A stretch of 64,000 bases of DNA, from assembly GCA_964559765.1 (NCBI GenBank), contig CAZLHU010000001.1, forward strand, positions 9,242-73,241. Reading direction: 5' to 3'. This document shows positions 50,884 to 61,115 of the stretch, piece by piece. This stretch comes from an uncultured Candidatus Saccharibacteria bacterium (GTDB taxonomy: Bacteria; Patescibacteriota; Minisyncoccia; UBA6257; Colwellbacteraceae). The notes below the pieces were generated by a model. That model did not search any database, had not been told where the DNA came from, and worked only from the letters and a program-made list of their open reading frames with translations. The position numbers and the translations under genes are program-made. Positions within the stretch are counted from its first letter, which is position 1. Each line of letters starts with the position of its first letter.

Positions 50884-51427
50884 ATATAGATAAATCTGGC
50901 GACCATAGTCTCACCCCCGCGCGGACTACGCCGACTATTGCATTGCTCTTAACGGGGCCCCAACTTCTTGAATCGAAACTTTCGAGACGATTATCTCCCA
51001 TTACAAAATATTCACCCGGTCCGAGTTTGGGGTAGGTTGACTGCCCCTCCGTGACTACGCCGGCAGGAAGATAGGGTTCAGGCAAGACATTTCCATTGAT
51101 ATAAACCTTCCCATTGCTTATGGATACCGTGTCCCCCGGCAGACCTACGATCCTCTTTATGAAGAACTCGCTGTAATCCAATGGGTCGTGGAAAACGATT
51201 ATCTGACCCCTGGCTGGATTGTCAAAATGATATGTCACCTCGTCAACAAGGACGTATTCGCTGTCATACCAGGAGTTGCCGCTTATAAACGTGGGCTCCA
51301 TGCTTGCGCCGTTAACCACGAACGGCTTGGCTATGAACTGATATATCAGAAAAATGGAGATGACTGCCACCGCGAGGATCTCTAAAATTTCCCATAGCGG
51401 CATAAGAGATTGCTTCATCGAGGCCAT
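50870..51427 (-). CDS. lepB: signal peptidase I
   Basis: NGASMEPTF (Ser box), GDNRLESFDSRSWG. Confidence 0.85.
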   Translation of the reverse strand: MASMKQSLMPLWEILEILAVAVISIFLIYQFIAKPFVVNGASMEPTFISGNSWYDSEYVLVDEVTYHFDNPARGQIIVFHDPLDYSEFFIKRIVGLPGDTVSISNGKVYINGNVLPEPYLPAGVVTEGQSTYPKLGPGEYFVMGDNRLESFDSRSWGPVKSNAIVGVVRAGVRLWSPDLSIYDQT

Positions 51428-51469
51428 TCTAATACAATTTTATCGATGAGGGCAAGCGATCAAGGATTG

Positions 51470-51991
51470 ATGGGCGTTAAGCTTGTGCTGGGATTGCGCA
51501 ACCCGGGCGAGGAGTACAAGGGCACTTACCATAATGTTGGCGGGCTCTTCGTAGATTACCTGGCTTCTGTGCTGGGCGTCAGCTTCAAGAAAGCCCGCTA
51601 TTTCGAATACGCCAAATCTAACGGACTTATTTTAGCCAAATCGCTTGTATACATGAATGAATCGGGTATAGCCGCAGCCGCAGCCGTGAAATATTTCGAT
51701 TTGGCGGGAGACCAATTGTCGGTTGCCCACGACGATTCCGACCTGACCCTGGGCAACTTCAAGATATCCGCGGGACAAAGCGCGGCTGGGCATCATGGGA
51801 TAGAGTCCGTTATCGTCGCGTTGGGCACAAAAGATTTTTCACGCATACGCATAGGGGTGAGACCGGGACAAGAGGTGAAACGTAAGAAAGCCGGCGAATT
51901 CGTGCTCAATCACATAAGCCGCAACAATTCTAAGATATTAGAGGGGGCCTTCGATAAGATCTATCAAGATCTGAAAAATTCACCGAACTAA
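51470..51991 (+). CDS. pth: peptidyl-tRNA hydrolase
   Basis: KLVLGLRNPGEEYKGTYHNVG N-terminal signature; start taken at MGVKL (the ORF track begins at 51410). Confidence 0.8.
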   Translation: MGVKLVLGLRNPGEEYKGTYHNVGGLFVDYLASVLGVSFKKARYFEYAKSNGLILAKSLVYMNESGIAAAAAVKYFDLAGDQLSVAHDDSDLTLGNFKISAGQSAAGHHGIESVIVALGTKDFSRIRIGVRPGQEVKRKKAGEFVLNHISRNNSKILEGAFDKIYQDLKNSPN

Positions 51992-53892
51992 GGAACGTAG
52001 GTGAAGTTAATTGAATACACAATCCTGCCGTTACTATCTATAGTCTCTGGGGATATCTGAACATCGCTGAAATGCGATGACTTCTTAAGTGCGCTGTTAA
52101 GTATATCGGCGGTCGTCTTGTCTGCGGTGGACACCTGTACCGTAATTGGTGCGGATATCGACGTGAATTGTAAATGACTGAAAATCACTGGCTTTACATT
52201 GGGATTATTGTCCGGCACCAATTGAGTAAGGCTGGATAGCTGTTGTCCTATGCTCGCCGTGTTGGTCGCCGTTAGAGTGTTGTCCAAAGAACTTGTAGTG
52301 GTCGCCGCAGTGCTATTTATAGATGCCGGATTATAAGCGGCCGAAGGCACGCCCCAGCCGTTAACCTGGAAAGTGATCGTAAAATTGACCGAGCCGTTGG
52401 TGGCTATGGTTATCGTCGAAAATGGTATCTGCACCTGGCTAAGTTGCGGTATGCCAGCAATTTTGTTCTTGAAATCAGCCGCGACATCCTCACTGCTGGC
52501 ATCGCCTATTATGACCCCGGATTCATTAGAGGTCTGAAGCGACACGCGACTTATGGAAATATTGTCCAGTGCGGCTGCGGCGTTTATATCGCCTATAAGC
52601 CACGACACCTTGATCTGGCCGCTCCTAGCCTCTGCAATCATTGAAACCATGCTATTGAATTGGGTCGCGCTGGTTTCAAGGCCGGCCAGCTGCTCCGATT
52701 CCGTCTGGCTTAAGCCGGCGTTCTTGCTCTTAGAGACATCATTTGCGATGCTGTTTAAATAAAAATCTGAGATCATAAATAGGATGAGTAGGGCCGCGAA
52801 GATGGTTATCACCACGCTTCTCCAGAACTCAAGGTATTGGAGTATCTGATCTCCGCGATAGGCCTCGTGAGCGGTTACGCTGCTCAAGCTTATATCGGTA
52901 TCCTTTGATCGCGGAACCAGCCCGCGCAACGCTGCGCCGTAAATCGCACTCACCCTTTCATTATCGATAATGCTGACCGTGGCCGATGGGAAGCGGGCCT
53001 TCACGTCAGCCAACAACTCATCCCTCATAGAAGGCAGCATAAGGGCGATATCGCCGATCTGACCGCCCCAATGGCTGGAATGGAAATTAAGCAAACGCCT
53101 TATCTCAACTTCCATAAGATTCTTGACGCTATCCAATGTTATCGTCTGGTTTTGCCCTTGAATCGAAGCCCACGGCGAGAAGAAATTGAATGCTATGCTA
53201 TTGTTTCTGAGGATCATAAAATATATCCCGGCGGGCTGGAATTGTACGACGAGATAGGGAGACGTCTTATTTATGAGCCCGCTCGAATATAGGCTACGCC
53301 CCAGACTTATGGTGGAAGACTCTACCGCGGCTACGTAATAATTTGCTTCTTGAACGGCCTTAACGTATTCATCGATAACCTTGCGATCCGCGAAAGCTGC
53401 CAATAATTCAACTTGGTCGGATAAATTATTAGCCTCTCTGGTCGGAATGTTTTGCCAGCCGTAATAAGAAGTGTTGACGTCGATCGGTGAAACCATCCGC
53501 ATATTCAGGTCTGCTGCCTCAGAGATGTCATCACCCATCGTAGGGACGTTAAAAGTCTGAACATAGACATCGTTGGCCGGTATGGTGAGTATGACGTCTA
53601 TGGGCCTTGAATTGGTCGGCGTTATCTGTTTGTGCAACATGCGCAGCGCCGCGACAAACCTCGCTCCGTCTTTGACGATGCCCGATTCTATCACCCCAGG
53701 GGGCAAACGCAGGGATATCTGGGTCGCCCTACCCTTCTTTCCGCCGCGCAGTTCAAGATATTGCAGGGCGGTGTCTGAAACCTCAAGCCCACCCAACGGC
53801 TTATTTGGATTGAATGCCTCTATAAATTTGGCCCAATATGTTTTTAGATTATCCATTAAAACGTCAGTCTGGGATTTGTTTCGATGACTCAA
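51988..53892 (-). CDS. type IV pilus assembly PilM-PilN-PilO fusion protein
   Basis: N-terminal actin-like PilM (LGGLEVSDTALQYLEL…IDNERVSAIYGAALRGL), then a single TM (VVITIFAALLILFMI), then PilN/PilO-like periplasmic region. Confidence 0.6.
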   Translation of the reverse strand: MSHRNKSQTDVLMDNLKTYWAKFIEAFNPNKPLGGLEVSDTALQYLELRGGKKGRATQISLRLPPGVIESGIVKDGARFVAALRMLHKQITPTNSRPIDVILTIPANDVYVQTFNVPTMGDDISEAADLNMRMVSPIDVNTSYYGWQNIPTREANNLSDQVELLAAFADRKVIDEYVKAVQEANYYVAAVESSTISLGRSLYSSGLINKTSPYLVVQFQPAGIYFMILRNNSIAFNFFSPWASIQGQNQTITLDSVKNLMEVEIRRLLNFHSSHWGGQIGDIALMLPSMRDELLADVKARFPSATVSIIDNERVSAIYGAALRGLVPRSKDTDISLSSVTAHEAYRGDQILQYLEFWRSVVITIFAALLILFMISDFYLNSIANDVSKSKNAGLSQTESEQLAGLETSATQFNSMVSMIAEARSGQIKVSWLIGDINAAAALDNISISRVSLQTSNESGVIIGDASSEDVAADFKNKIAGIPQLSQVQIPFSTITIATNGSVNFTITFQVNGWGVPSAAYNPASINSTAATTTSSLDNTLTATNTASIGQQLSSLTQLVPDNNPNVKPVIFSHLQFTSISAPITVQVSTADKTTADILNSALKKSSHFSDVQISPETIDSNGRIVYSINFTYVP

Positions 53893-54292
53893 GGTTAACC
53901 AACCCCGTGGTGCTATCGACTCCGACTATAGTCTGTAATTTTACGCGTCTGCCCAAGGAAACCCCTTCGGATGTTATGGTTATTACGCCGACAGCAGCAC
54001 TGCCTTTTATTGTAACATTAGCAACGTCGTTTGGGCCTATGGTCAACGTGTAAGCTGACGGACAGCCGATAGTGGCGGGGCAGTTCTTATAGCGGATCAC
54101 TCGCATGAAGGCATCGTCCGACCCAGCCTTGGCATCAGACAAAGCCTGCGACGCTATACGCTGGCTGTTGGCCGTTGTGGCCAAGCTGGCTGCAATCCCT
54201 ACCGCAGCGACCGCCACTACTATTATTATTGCCGACAAAATCAATATAGTAGGCAAAGTAGCTATGCCGCTTTCTCGGTTATTTACTGACAT
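53864..54292 (-). CDS. pseudopilin-like minor pilin (atypical class III signal, Pro at +5)
   Basis: RESG|IATLPTILILSAIIIVVAVAAVG hydrophobic N-terminus. Confidence 0.45.
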   Translation of the reverse strand: MSVNNRESGIATLPTILILSAIIIVVAVAAVGIAASLATTANSQRIASQALSDAKAGSDDAFMRVIRYKNCPATIGCPSAYTLTIGPNDVANVTIKGSAAVGVITITSEGVSLGRRVKLQTIVGVDSTTGLVNLESSKQIPD

Positions 54293-54332
54293 ATATATAG
54301 CTTACCTCTCCCAAAAGTAAGTTGCTAATCCA

Positions 54333-55286
54333 TTACTGGCTTAGCTGCAGCACTCCAGGGCTGGTCACTATGGATCCTGTAGTGGAAGAATATTGATTTG
54401 TTGGTTGGGTAAACACAGTGCTTGAATTGGCGATCAGTCCCCCACTCCAATCGTTGAAACGTATGACTTGATCACTGGTTCTAGATATATTCTGACTGAC
54501 CACGTATGAACCTTGGGCTTGGCCCGTACTCCAGGTTATATTGACCGTCACTTGGAGTGTGGACGGATCCTGCAATATCCCAGTCAGATTTCCGGTGGAA
54601 GTAGCCACCGTGCAGGCCGTAGCTGTAGCGGTCGATATCGCACCGGTGCCGCAGGTGTCACGGAATATATTTTGTATTGAGAACCATCTCGAAAAGGTGA
54701 TCTTATTGGTGGTTATGGTCTCCACTCCTGTCCTGATCGAGAAATTGCGATATAAAAGTGCTGTGGTGGAGGTTCCAGAATAGGATGTGTTTAAAGTAAG
54801 TGTGGAGGTTCCGTTAATTACGCTGACGGTAAACGGCAGCGAATTTATTAGGATGTTATCGCCGGCATAGCCGCTGGTCGCCGCGACCAGGCTTGTATTG
54901 AAATTGGTGCTGGTGCTGTTGGCTGTAATGGTCGGCGAATTGAACGTTACATTAAACGTGCCTGGAAGCTGCTGGAACGTGGCCAGATAATACATCGAAC
55001 CGGTCCCCTTGTTCAGGTTATATATCTGCGACCAATTGCTTTCAGCGACCGAGCGCAGATTGTTCATCAATTCCTGCTGATATTGCGTAGCTAGTTCCGT
55101 GGCGCGATTTCTGCTATTGCTTGCCGTAGTCAATAAAAGAGCGCCCACCGCCGCGCTCGTCACTATTGTAGCGATGGTGATGGAGATCAATATTTCCATC
55201 AGAGATTGCCCGCTGCTTGGGCTATTCCTTATCGAGTTGCGAAGCCAATCGATTCTCCTGCCTATCTCAGAAGTTAATCGTCCCAT
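54333..55286 (-). CDS. minor type IV pilin
   Basis: SSG|QSLMEILISITIATIVTSAAVG prepilin signal with Glu+5. Confidence 0.6.
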   Translation of the reverse strand: MGRLTSEIGRRIDWLRNSIRNSPSSGQSLMEILISITIATIVTSAAVGALLLTTASNSRNRATELATQYQQELMNNLRSVAESNWSQIYNLNKGTGSMYYLATFQQLPGTFNVTFNSPTITANSTSTNFNTSLVAATSGYAGDNILINSLPFTVSVINGTSTLTLNTSYSGTSTTALLYRNFSIRTGVETITTNKITFSRWFSIQNIFRDTCGTGAISTATATACTVATSTGNLTGILQDPSTLQVTVNITWSTGQAQGSYVVSQNISRTSDQVIRFNDWSGGLIANSSTVFTQPTNQYSSTTGSIVTSPGVLQLSQ

Positions 55287-56559
55287 TTGTATCTATAGTT
55301 ATGGTATGTGAAGCCTTGGGATTGGCTATGGTTATTGTCGCCGAATTTAACGGCAATCCAAGCGGCTTGGTGAAGATGATATTGGTTGAAGCACCAACGG
55401 CTGGATTAGTAAAATTCAGAGTAGTGCCGCTGAAAGAGACTTCGTCCACGTTTTGTTGCGGCGCATTAGGTATCTCCGTCACAGTACCGGTGCCGTTTAT
55501 CACCCACATATTGGCCCCGTCGAACGTGATTGCCGACGGCATCCACCCCACCCCGGAATACGTGGTCATTTGGCCCGTGGGACTTATTTTAGTCACGGTG
55601 CTGTTGGGGTCGGCTGCATTTGTCGTCCACATATTGGTCCCGTCGAAGGCGATGCTGTATGGATACGTGCCCGTTCCCGTATATATCGTCATCCCGCCCG
55701 TGGGAGTGACCTTCGTAACGCTGTTATTATAATTCGTCACCCACATATTGGTCCCGTCGAAGGCGATACTTCGAGGAGCGGAATTCATCCCGGTATATGT
55801 CGTGATCACGCCCGTGGGGGTTATTTTGGTGACGGAATAACTGGGGTCAGCGGAGTTTGCCACCCACATATTGACCCCGTCGAAAGCGATACCATCTGGG
55901 CCCCATATATAGCCTGAACCTGTGAGGGGTATCGATGTCGCCACGCCCGTGGGACTTATTTTGATTATGGCGCCAGTACTATAGTCGTCCGCCCACATAT
56001 TGACCCCATCGAAAGCGATACCGCCAAAATAAACCCCCGGAGTGGAATATGTCGTCATCACGCCCGTGGGACTTATTTTGGTGACGGTACCATTGGCATT
56101 TGCCGTCCACATATTGACCCCGTCGAAAGCCATAGCATTAGGCTGAGTATTTAATCCAGAATATGTGGTCATCGAACCAGTAGGAGTTATTTTGACGGCA
56201 CAACTGCAGCTATAACCCGCCGTCCACATATTTACACCATCGGAAGCCATAACCAGAGCTGGCGACTGCCATGATCCATATGTGATCTGCGGCGCGCCGG
56301 TAAAGATAGTGTAGTAATCCTGACCCGCAACGGTATTGTCAAAATGCATGCCCCATTGTTGACTGTTCGCATCTGCGGCAGTCTTACTCATCGTCGCCCG
56401 CATATCCGCGACGATACGTTCGGTCATTGAGCTTACTTCCGTCTGTTCACGTAGATTGTAATAGCTGGCCGAGCCTATCCCAGCTATGACAGAGACGATA
56501 GCCACTACCATCAATAATTCGACTAGAGTGAAACCAGAGTTGTGTTTTTTCATGTTCAT
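55267..56559 (-). CDS. type IV pilin fused to an eight-repeat beta-propeller-like domain
   Basis: HNSG|FTLVELLMVVAIVSVIAG signal; 8x roughly 37-aa repeat FDGxNMWxxN..xVTKIxPTGxxTTY. Confidence 0.6.
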   Translation of the reverse strand: MNMKKHNSGFTLVELLMVVAIVSVIAGIGSASYYNLREQTEVSSMTERIVADMRATMSKTAADANSQQWGMHFDNTVAGQDYYTIFTGAPQITYGSWQSPALVMASDGVNMWTAGYSCSCAVKITPTGSMTTYSGLNTQPNAMAFDGVNMWTANANGTVTKISPTGVMTTYSTPGVYFGGIAFDGVNMWADDYSTGAIIKISPTGVATSIPLTGSGYIWGPDGIAFDGVNMWVANSADPSYSVTKITPTGVITTYTGMNSAPRSIAFDGTNMWVTNYNNSVTKVTPTGGMTIYTGTGTYPYSIAFDGTNMWTTNAADPNSTVTKISPTGQMTTYSGVGWMPSAITFDGANMWVINGTGTVTEIPNAPQQNVDEVSFSGTTLNFTNPAVGASTNIIFTKPLGLPLNSATITIANPKASHTITIDTNGTINF

Positions 56560-56566
56560 TAATATA

Positions 56567-57778
56567 TTAACCCGTACTCGCGGTTAATTGATATACCGGG
56601 ACTATGATCGACAACGCAATAGTCCCCACGATTAGTCCGATGGCGACGAGCAAAACCGGCTCTATGAATGCGACCAACGTCTTAACAGATGAGTTTATTT
56701 CACCCTCATAGAACTCAGCTAAGGTCCCCAAGATATTCTCCAAATGTCCGGCCTGTTCCGATATCGAGATAAGGTTCACGACCACCTGCGGGAAATACGG
56801 CTCCTTGCGGAAGGCCTCGCCGATAGTAAGGCCCTTGGCAATTCCCTCACGCGATATGCGCAACAACGCCGCCTTCATTTCATTCGACCCCCCGGCTTCG
56901 GCAGATATCTCCAAAGACTCTATTATAGGCATCCCGGCATTCATCAACGAAGATAGGGTGCTGGCAAAACGCTGCAGGGCTATACGATGGACCACCTCAT
57001 TGATTACTGGTATACGGTCCACCATACGGTTGAATATAAACTTGCCGAAATCGCTGCGGAAAAAGAACACGCCTCCGACTATCAAAACGACCAAGCCAAT
57101 CATTATCTCAACCACGTATTGGCCCATAAACAGGCCTATAGCGAATACAACCGCCGAAAAAGGTGGCGGAGTGATGGCGTTGGTGTAAAAGCTCGCTGCG
57201 ATCTTGGGGAGAATAAAAGTCACCATTCCTAAAACTATTATTATGGCCATGCACACCAAAATGATTGGGTAAATAAGCGCACCCTTTATATTGCCGCGCA
57301 ATTCCGCGTCCTTCTCTAGGGTAGTGCTTAAGTTGTCGAAAACGCCTTCAAGATTACCAGACCTCTCGCCCGCTTTTACCAAATTCACAAAGACTGGAGA
57401 GAAAAACTTAGGATATTTGGCGAATGTAGTATAAAAAGGTTGACCCTTACCAAGATTGTCTCTTATTTCAATAAGCAGGGCCTTTACTATCGGCTTATCA
57501 AAATCGGCTATTAGAATATCTATCGCTTTGAATAGGTCCGTTCCCACCTTAAGCATCAGTGCCAAATATTTCGTCAAAAATACCTGGTCCTCAATTGTTA
57601 TCGACTGTCCGAATATACCCTGAATCCCCTTGGCCTGAAGCCCGCCCGTTGCCTTTAGAGACACGGGTCGCAATCCCTGCGTGGCCATCCAAGTCAGGAC
57701 GTCTGAAGGCCCCTGAGCTTCGACATCAGCCTCGACGATCCGACCATTTGGTTGTGACGCCACGTAATGGAATCTCAT
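56567..57778 (-). CDS. pilC: type IV pilus / T2SS platform protein PilC (GspF family)
   Basis: 403 aa, two GspF repeats, three TM helices. Confidence 0.85.
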   Translation of the reverse strand: MRFHYVASQPNGRIVEADVEAQGPSDVLTWMATQGLRPVSLKATGGLQAKGIQGIFGQSITIEDQVFLTKYLALMLKVGTDLFKAIDILIADFDKPIVKALLIEIRDNLGKGQPFYTTFAKYPKFFSPVFVNLVKAGERSGNLEGVFDNLSTTLEKDAELRGNIKGALIYPIILVCMAIIIVLGMVTFILPKIAASFYTNAITPPPFSAVVFAIGLFMGQYVVEIMIGLVVLIVGGVFFFRSDFGKFIFNRMVDRIPVINEVVHRIALQRFASTLSSLMNAGMPIIESLEISAEAGGSNEMKAALLRISREGIAKGLTIGEAFRKEPYFPQVVVNLISISEQAGHLENILGTLAEFYEGEINSSVKTLVAFIEPVLLVAIGLIVGTIALSIIVPVYQLTASTG

Positions 57779-59481
57779 TATTCTCCTATAACCCTAAGCA
57801 ATTCCTCGACGGTCGTAATACCCCGCTCGACTTTGCGGAGACCGTCCTCGAACATCGTTATCATACCCTCTTTTTTAGCCAGTACGCGCAGGTTATCGAT
57901 CATGAAACTCGGGTCGATGATCAACTTACGGACGTCATCGCTGACATTGAGCACCTCATATATACCAAGTCTCCCACGGTATCCGCTGCCCCCGCATACC
58001 GGACAACCCTTTCCGGCGTAAAGCGTCTTAGGCATTCGCGCTCCAGACAATCCCGACGCCTCGGCTTGTTTTTCAATGGCCGCTATCATTTCCGGGGTCG
58101 CTTCATAAGAATATATGCAAGAATCGCATATCTTACGCACCAAACGTTGGGCTACTACGGCATCCAAAACGGCCGCCACCAGGAAGGCTGGAACCTTGAG
58201 GTCTATGAAACGTGGGATGGCCGTGGGTGCGTCATTCGTGTGAAGCGTAGATAGGACTAAGTGGCCCGTGAGTGCGGCCTGCACGGCTATGTCGGCAGTT
58301 TCGCTGTCTCTGATTTCCCCCACCAGTATTATGTTCGGGTCCTGACGGAGAATGGACCTAAGCCCCTCGGCGAAGGTTATCCCAGCAGCATCGTTGATTT
58401 GCGTTTGATTGACGAACTTTATGTTGTATTCGATCGGGTCTTCGACGGTCACGATATTCACCTCTGGACGGTTAAGTATGTTCAGAACCGAATAAAGCGT
58501 GGTCGTCTTGCCTGATCCTGTCGGGCCGGTCACCAACACCATGCCGTAACTTCTCCTCACGTTGTCCTCGACTATCTTGGCTGTATCGTCGAACATGCCC
58601 AGCTCCTGGAAAGAAAGCGGACGGTTGGTCGATGGCAATATACGCATTTCCATCTTCTCGCCGTAGAAGGTTGGTATGTCCGACACACGGAGGTCCACTA
58701 GGTCCGAACCTATCTTGTATCGGAATCTTCCGTCCTGCGGCTTGCCATGCTCGTCGATCTTCATTCCGGATAGCAGCTTCAAACGGGCCACTATTGCGCT
58801 ATGTATCTGTGTGGGCATACGGAAAACCTCTTTGAGTACTCCGTCTATCCGGTAACGGATATAGATGAAGTCCTCGAATATCTCGATGTGAACGTCCGAC
58901 GAGCCTAGGGCCATGGCATAAGAGATAATGTTATCGACTATGGCGACTATCGGCACTTCGGTCGCGGCCTGCTCCCCTCTTATCTTGCTGCGAAGTGATG
59001 CTTCGAGGTTGTCAGAAATTATTTTCTTGAAATCGTGTGCCGTTGCTTGGCTGTAAAGTGCAAATCCTTTGTTTAGATCGACATCCCTGGCCAGGAATGG
59101 TTTTATAGGGGCTTTGAGATGGCTTTCCAAAAATTGCACTGTGACCAAATCCGATGGGTCTTCCATTGCCGCTTTAATCGAACCGTCCGGATTGCGTCCG
59201 AACAGCACGACGCGCTTCTGTCGGGCCACATCCTCCGTAAGCAAGGTCAGAGCAGAGATATCAATGTCGATCTTATCCAGGTTAGCTAAAGCTGTGTTGA
59301 AGTAGCTAGACAAGACCGAACTATAATAAGAATCGGTCATTAGGCCGCGCGAGATTATACTCTCGGCAACGCTTTGGCCAAGTCTTTTAGCGTCGGAAGC
59401 TATGGCATCGAATGTCTGAGAGTCGAGGAGCCCGTCCTTTAGCAGGATTTCTTTTAGCTTATCTTCGGGTATCTGAAGCAT
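57778..59481 (-). CDS. pilB: type IV pilus assembly ATPase PilB (GspE family)
   Basis: Walker A VLVTGPTGSGKTTTLY; tetracysteine GKGCPVCGGSGYRGR. Confidence 0.9.
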   Translation of the reverse strand: MLQIPEDKLKEILLKDGLLDSQTFDAIASDAKRLGQSVAESIISRGLMTDSYYSSVLSSYFNTALANLDKIDIDISALTLLTEDVARQKRVVLFGRNPDGSIKAAMEDPSDLVTVQFLESHLKAPIKPFLARDVDLNKGFALYSQATAHDFKKIISDNLEASLRSKIRGEQAATEVPIVAIVDNIISYAMALGSSDVHIEIFEDFIYIRYRIDGVLKEVFRMPTQIHSAIVARLKLLSGMKIDEHGKPQDGRFRYKIGSDLVDLRVSDIPTFYGEKMEMRILPSTNRPLSFQELGMFDDTAKIVEDNVRRSYGMVLVTGPTGSGKTTTLYSVLNILNRPEVNIVTVEDPIEYNIKFVNQTQINDAAGITFAEGLRSILRQDPNIILVGEIRDSETADIAVQAALTGHLVLSTLHTNDAPTAIPRFIDLKVPAFLVAAVLDAVVAQRLVRKICDSCIYSYEATPEMIAAIEKQAEASGLSGARMPKTLYAGKGCPVCGGSGYRGRLGIYEVLNVSDDVRKLIIDPSFMIDNLRVLAKKEGMITMFEDGLRKVERGITTVEELLRVIGE

Positions 59482-59563
59482 TACGTTGTGTTAAGTATAG
59501 CAAAGAAACATGCCTCTAAATAGGCATGTTTCCGATGACAAAGGCATATCGGCTTTGATTGAG

Positions 59564-60187
59564 TTACAACCCTAGATTGGTACCGACCTGATACCAACAA
59601 TACGAAGCTGTGCCATTCGCTGGCGTGCAGTTTTGGGTTGAAGTCGCCGCGCTATATTGAACTTCCTTCCCGACGAATTTTACGCTCTCAAGATGAGCCG
59701 CAAGCTTGTAAGTATAGTTTGTCGTAGTGCTGTCGTAGCCATACATATAGTACGTGCTGTTTGTCGGATCTACCGGCAATAGCGTTAACGGCGAACCGCC
59801 GGGTAGGCTGGTAAAGTTCACATCAACCCAGCCATAACCGTTCACACTCCTCATGGTCGTTGTGGGCGTCGATACGGGAACCGTACACGGGGTTGTTGTT
59901 GAGTTGTTGTTGAACGGATACTGCTGCGGAGTTCCAGTCGCAGTGCATCCGCCCCCAAGGCCGAAACCGGCAAAATTAAGGACCGGTGGGAATGTTGGCG
60001 ACTCGGACAGATACGTGTTTAACGCCGTCCTTAAGGTGTCTAGGTCCGAGATTCTCTGGCCATCCCTGGCTTGCGCCAAGAGTTCGGCCGGGTTGAGGAT
60101 AATGGTCACGGCTGCGGCCAAGACCCCTAAGATAGCGATGACGATCAAGAGCTCGATTAGGGTAAAACCCTTTTTAGTATTAAACAT
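59564..60187 (-). CDS. type IV major pilin (paralogue 2)
   Basis: MFNTKKG|FTLIELLIVIAILGVLAAAV canonical class III signal. Confidence 0.8.
   Translation of the reverse strand: MFNTKKGFTLIELLIVIAILGVLAAAVTIILNPAELLAQARDGQRISDLDTLRTALNTYLSESPTFPPVLNFAGFGLGGGCTATGTPQQYPFNNNSTTTPCTVPVSTPTTTMRSVNGYGWVDVNFTSLPGGSPLTLLPVDPTNSTYYMYGYDSTTTNYTYKLAAHLESVKFVGKEVQYSAATSTQNCTPANGTASYCWYQVGTNLGL
60044..60178. repeat. 135-bp exact repeat copy A (pilin 5' coding end)
   Basis: Identical to 60894..61028 at every base (offset of exactly 850 nt). Confidence 0.85.
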
Positions 60188-60322
60188 AAATGACTAGTTT
60201 ATATATTGACTTGGACGGAAAGCACAAGCAAATATTTGCTTCAAATATAGTGTATAGCAATCGTCTATTGATATAAAGCATTCGACGATATTGGACTGTG
60301 GATAAGGGGGAGAGCACAAAAA

Positions 60323-60355
60323 CTGCCTTAAGCGCGATGCTTAAGGCAGTTTTTT
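60323..60355. terminator. bidirectional intrinsic terminator between the two pilin genes (ctgccttaagc-gcgat-gcttaaggcag, A5/T6)
   Basis: 11-bp stem plus U-run. Confidence 0.6.
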
Positions 60356-60377
60356 CGAAACTAACTAGGTAAATCTT

Positions 60378-61040
60378 CTATAAACCTAGGTTTGTGCCGA
60401 CCTGATAGAAACAGTGCGCATCGGTCGGACTCGGACTACCACCAGGAACGCAAGCTATGGTTGAGGTAGACGCATCGTATTGGATTTCCTTTGATCCAAA
60501 TTTTACGCTTTCCAGACGAGTTGCGAGCTTGAATGAGTAGTTGGGAGCTACGGCCGTGTTGTCACCTACGTAACAATACGCATAGTTACCAGTGTTAACG
60601 GGATCCACCGGCAGAACTGCCAGCGGCGAACCGCCGGGCAAGCTAGCCAGATTCACATCAACCCAACCAACACCAGTAGTAAGCCTGACGGTGGCTGCGG
60701 AAGAAGATGTGGCGATTGGAGTAAGACCAGCAGTGGTGCTTGCATAACCAAATGGCACGACGCTGCTGCTAGTGGCACTGCATCCGCCTCCGCCGTAAGC
60801 TGTTCCGCCCTGGCTGTAGCCAGCTAGGTCCAGATTTGGCGTTGTTGTTACCTGCGATAAATAGGTGTTAATTGCCGTCCTTACCGTATCCATGTCCGAG
60901 ATTCTCTGGCCATCCCTGGCTTGCGCCAAGAGTTCGGCCGGGTTGAGGATAATGGTCACGGCTGCGGCCAAGACCCCTAAGATAGCGATGACGATCAAGA
61001 GCTCGATTAGGGTAAAACCCTTTTTAGTTACTTCTTTCAT
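60378..61040 (-). CDS. type IV major pilin (paralogue 1)
   Basis: MKEVTKKG|FTLIELLIVIAILGVLAAAV; the first 45 mature residues are identical to paralogue 2. Confidence 0.8.
   Translation of the reverse strand: MKEVTKKGFTLIELLIVIAILGVLAAAVTIILNPAELLAQARDGQRISDMDTVRTAINTYLSQVTTTPNLDLAGYSQGGTAYGGGGCSATSSSVVPFGYASTTAGLTPIATSSSAATVRLTTGVGWVDVNLASLPGGSPLAVLPVDPVNTGNYAYCYVGDNTAVAPNYSFKLATRLESVKFGSKEIQYDASTSTIACVPGGSPSPTDAHCFYQVGTNLGL
60894..61028. repeat. 135-bp exact repeat copy B (pilin 5' coding end)
   Basis: Identical to 60044..60178. Confidence 0.85.
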
Positions 61041-61115
61041 TTATTATCTTTAAATCGACTTATTATCTTATTTGATGACTATTAAAAACCTCGACCTTTA
61101 TTGGGATTTACATAC

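Noticed and set aside
57559-58254. 231-aa plus-strand ORF
   Set aside because: It is antisense to pilC and pilB.
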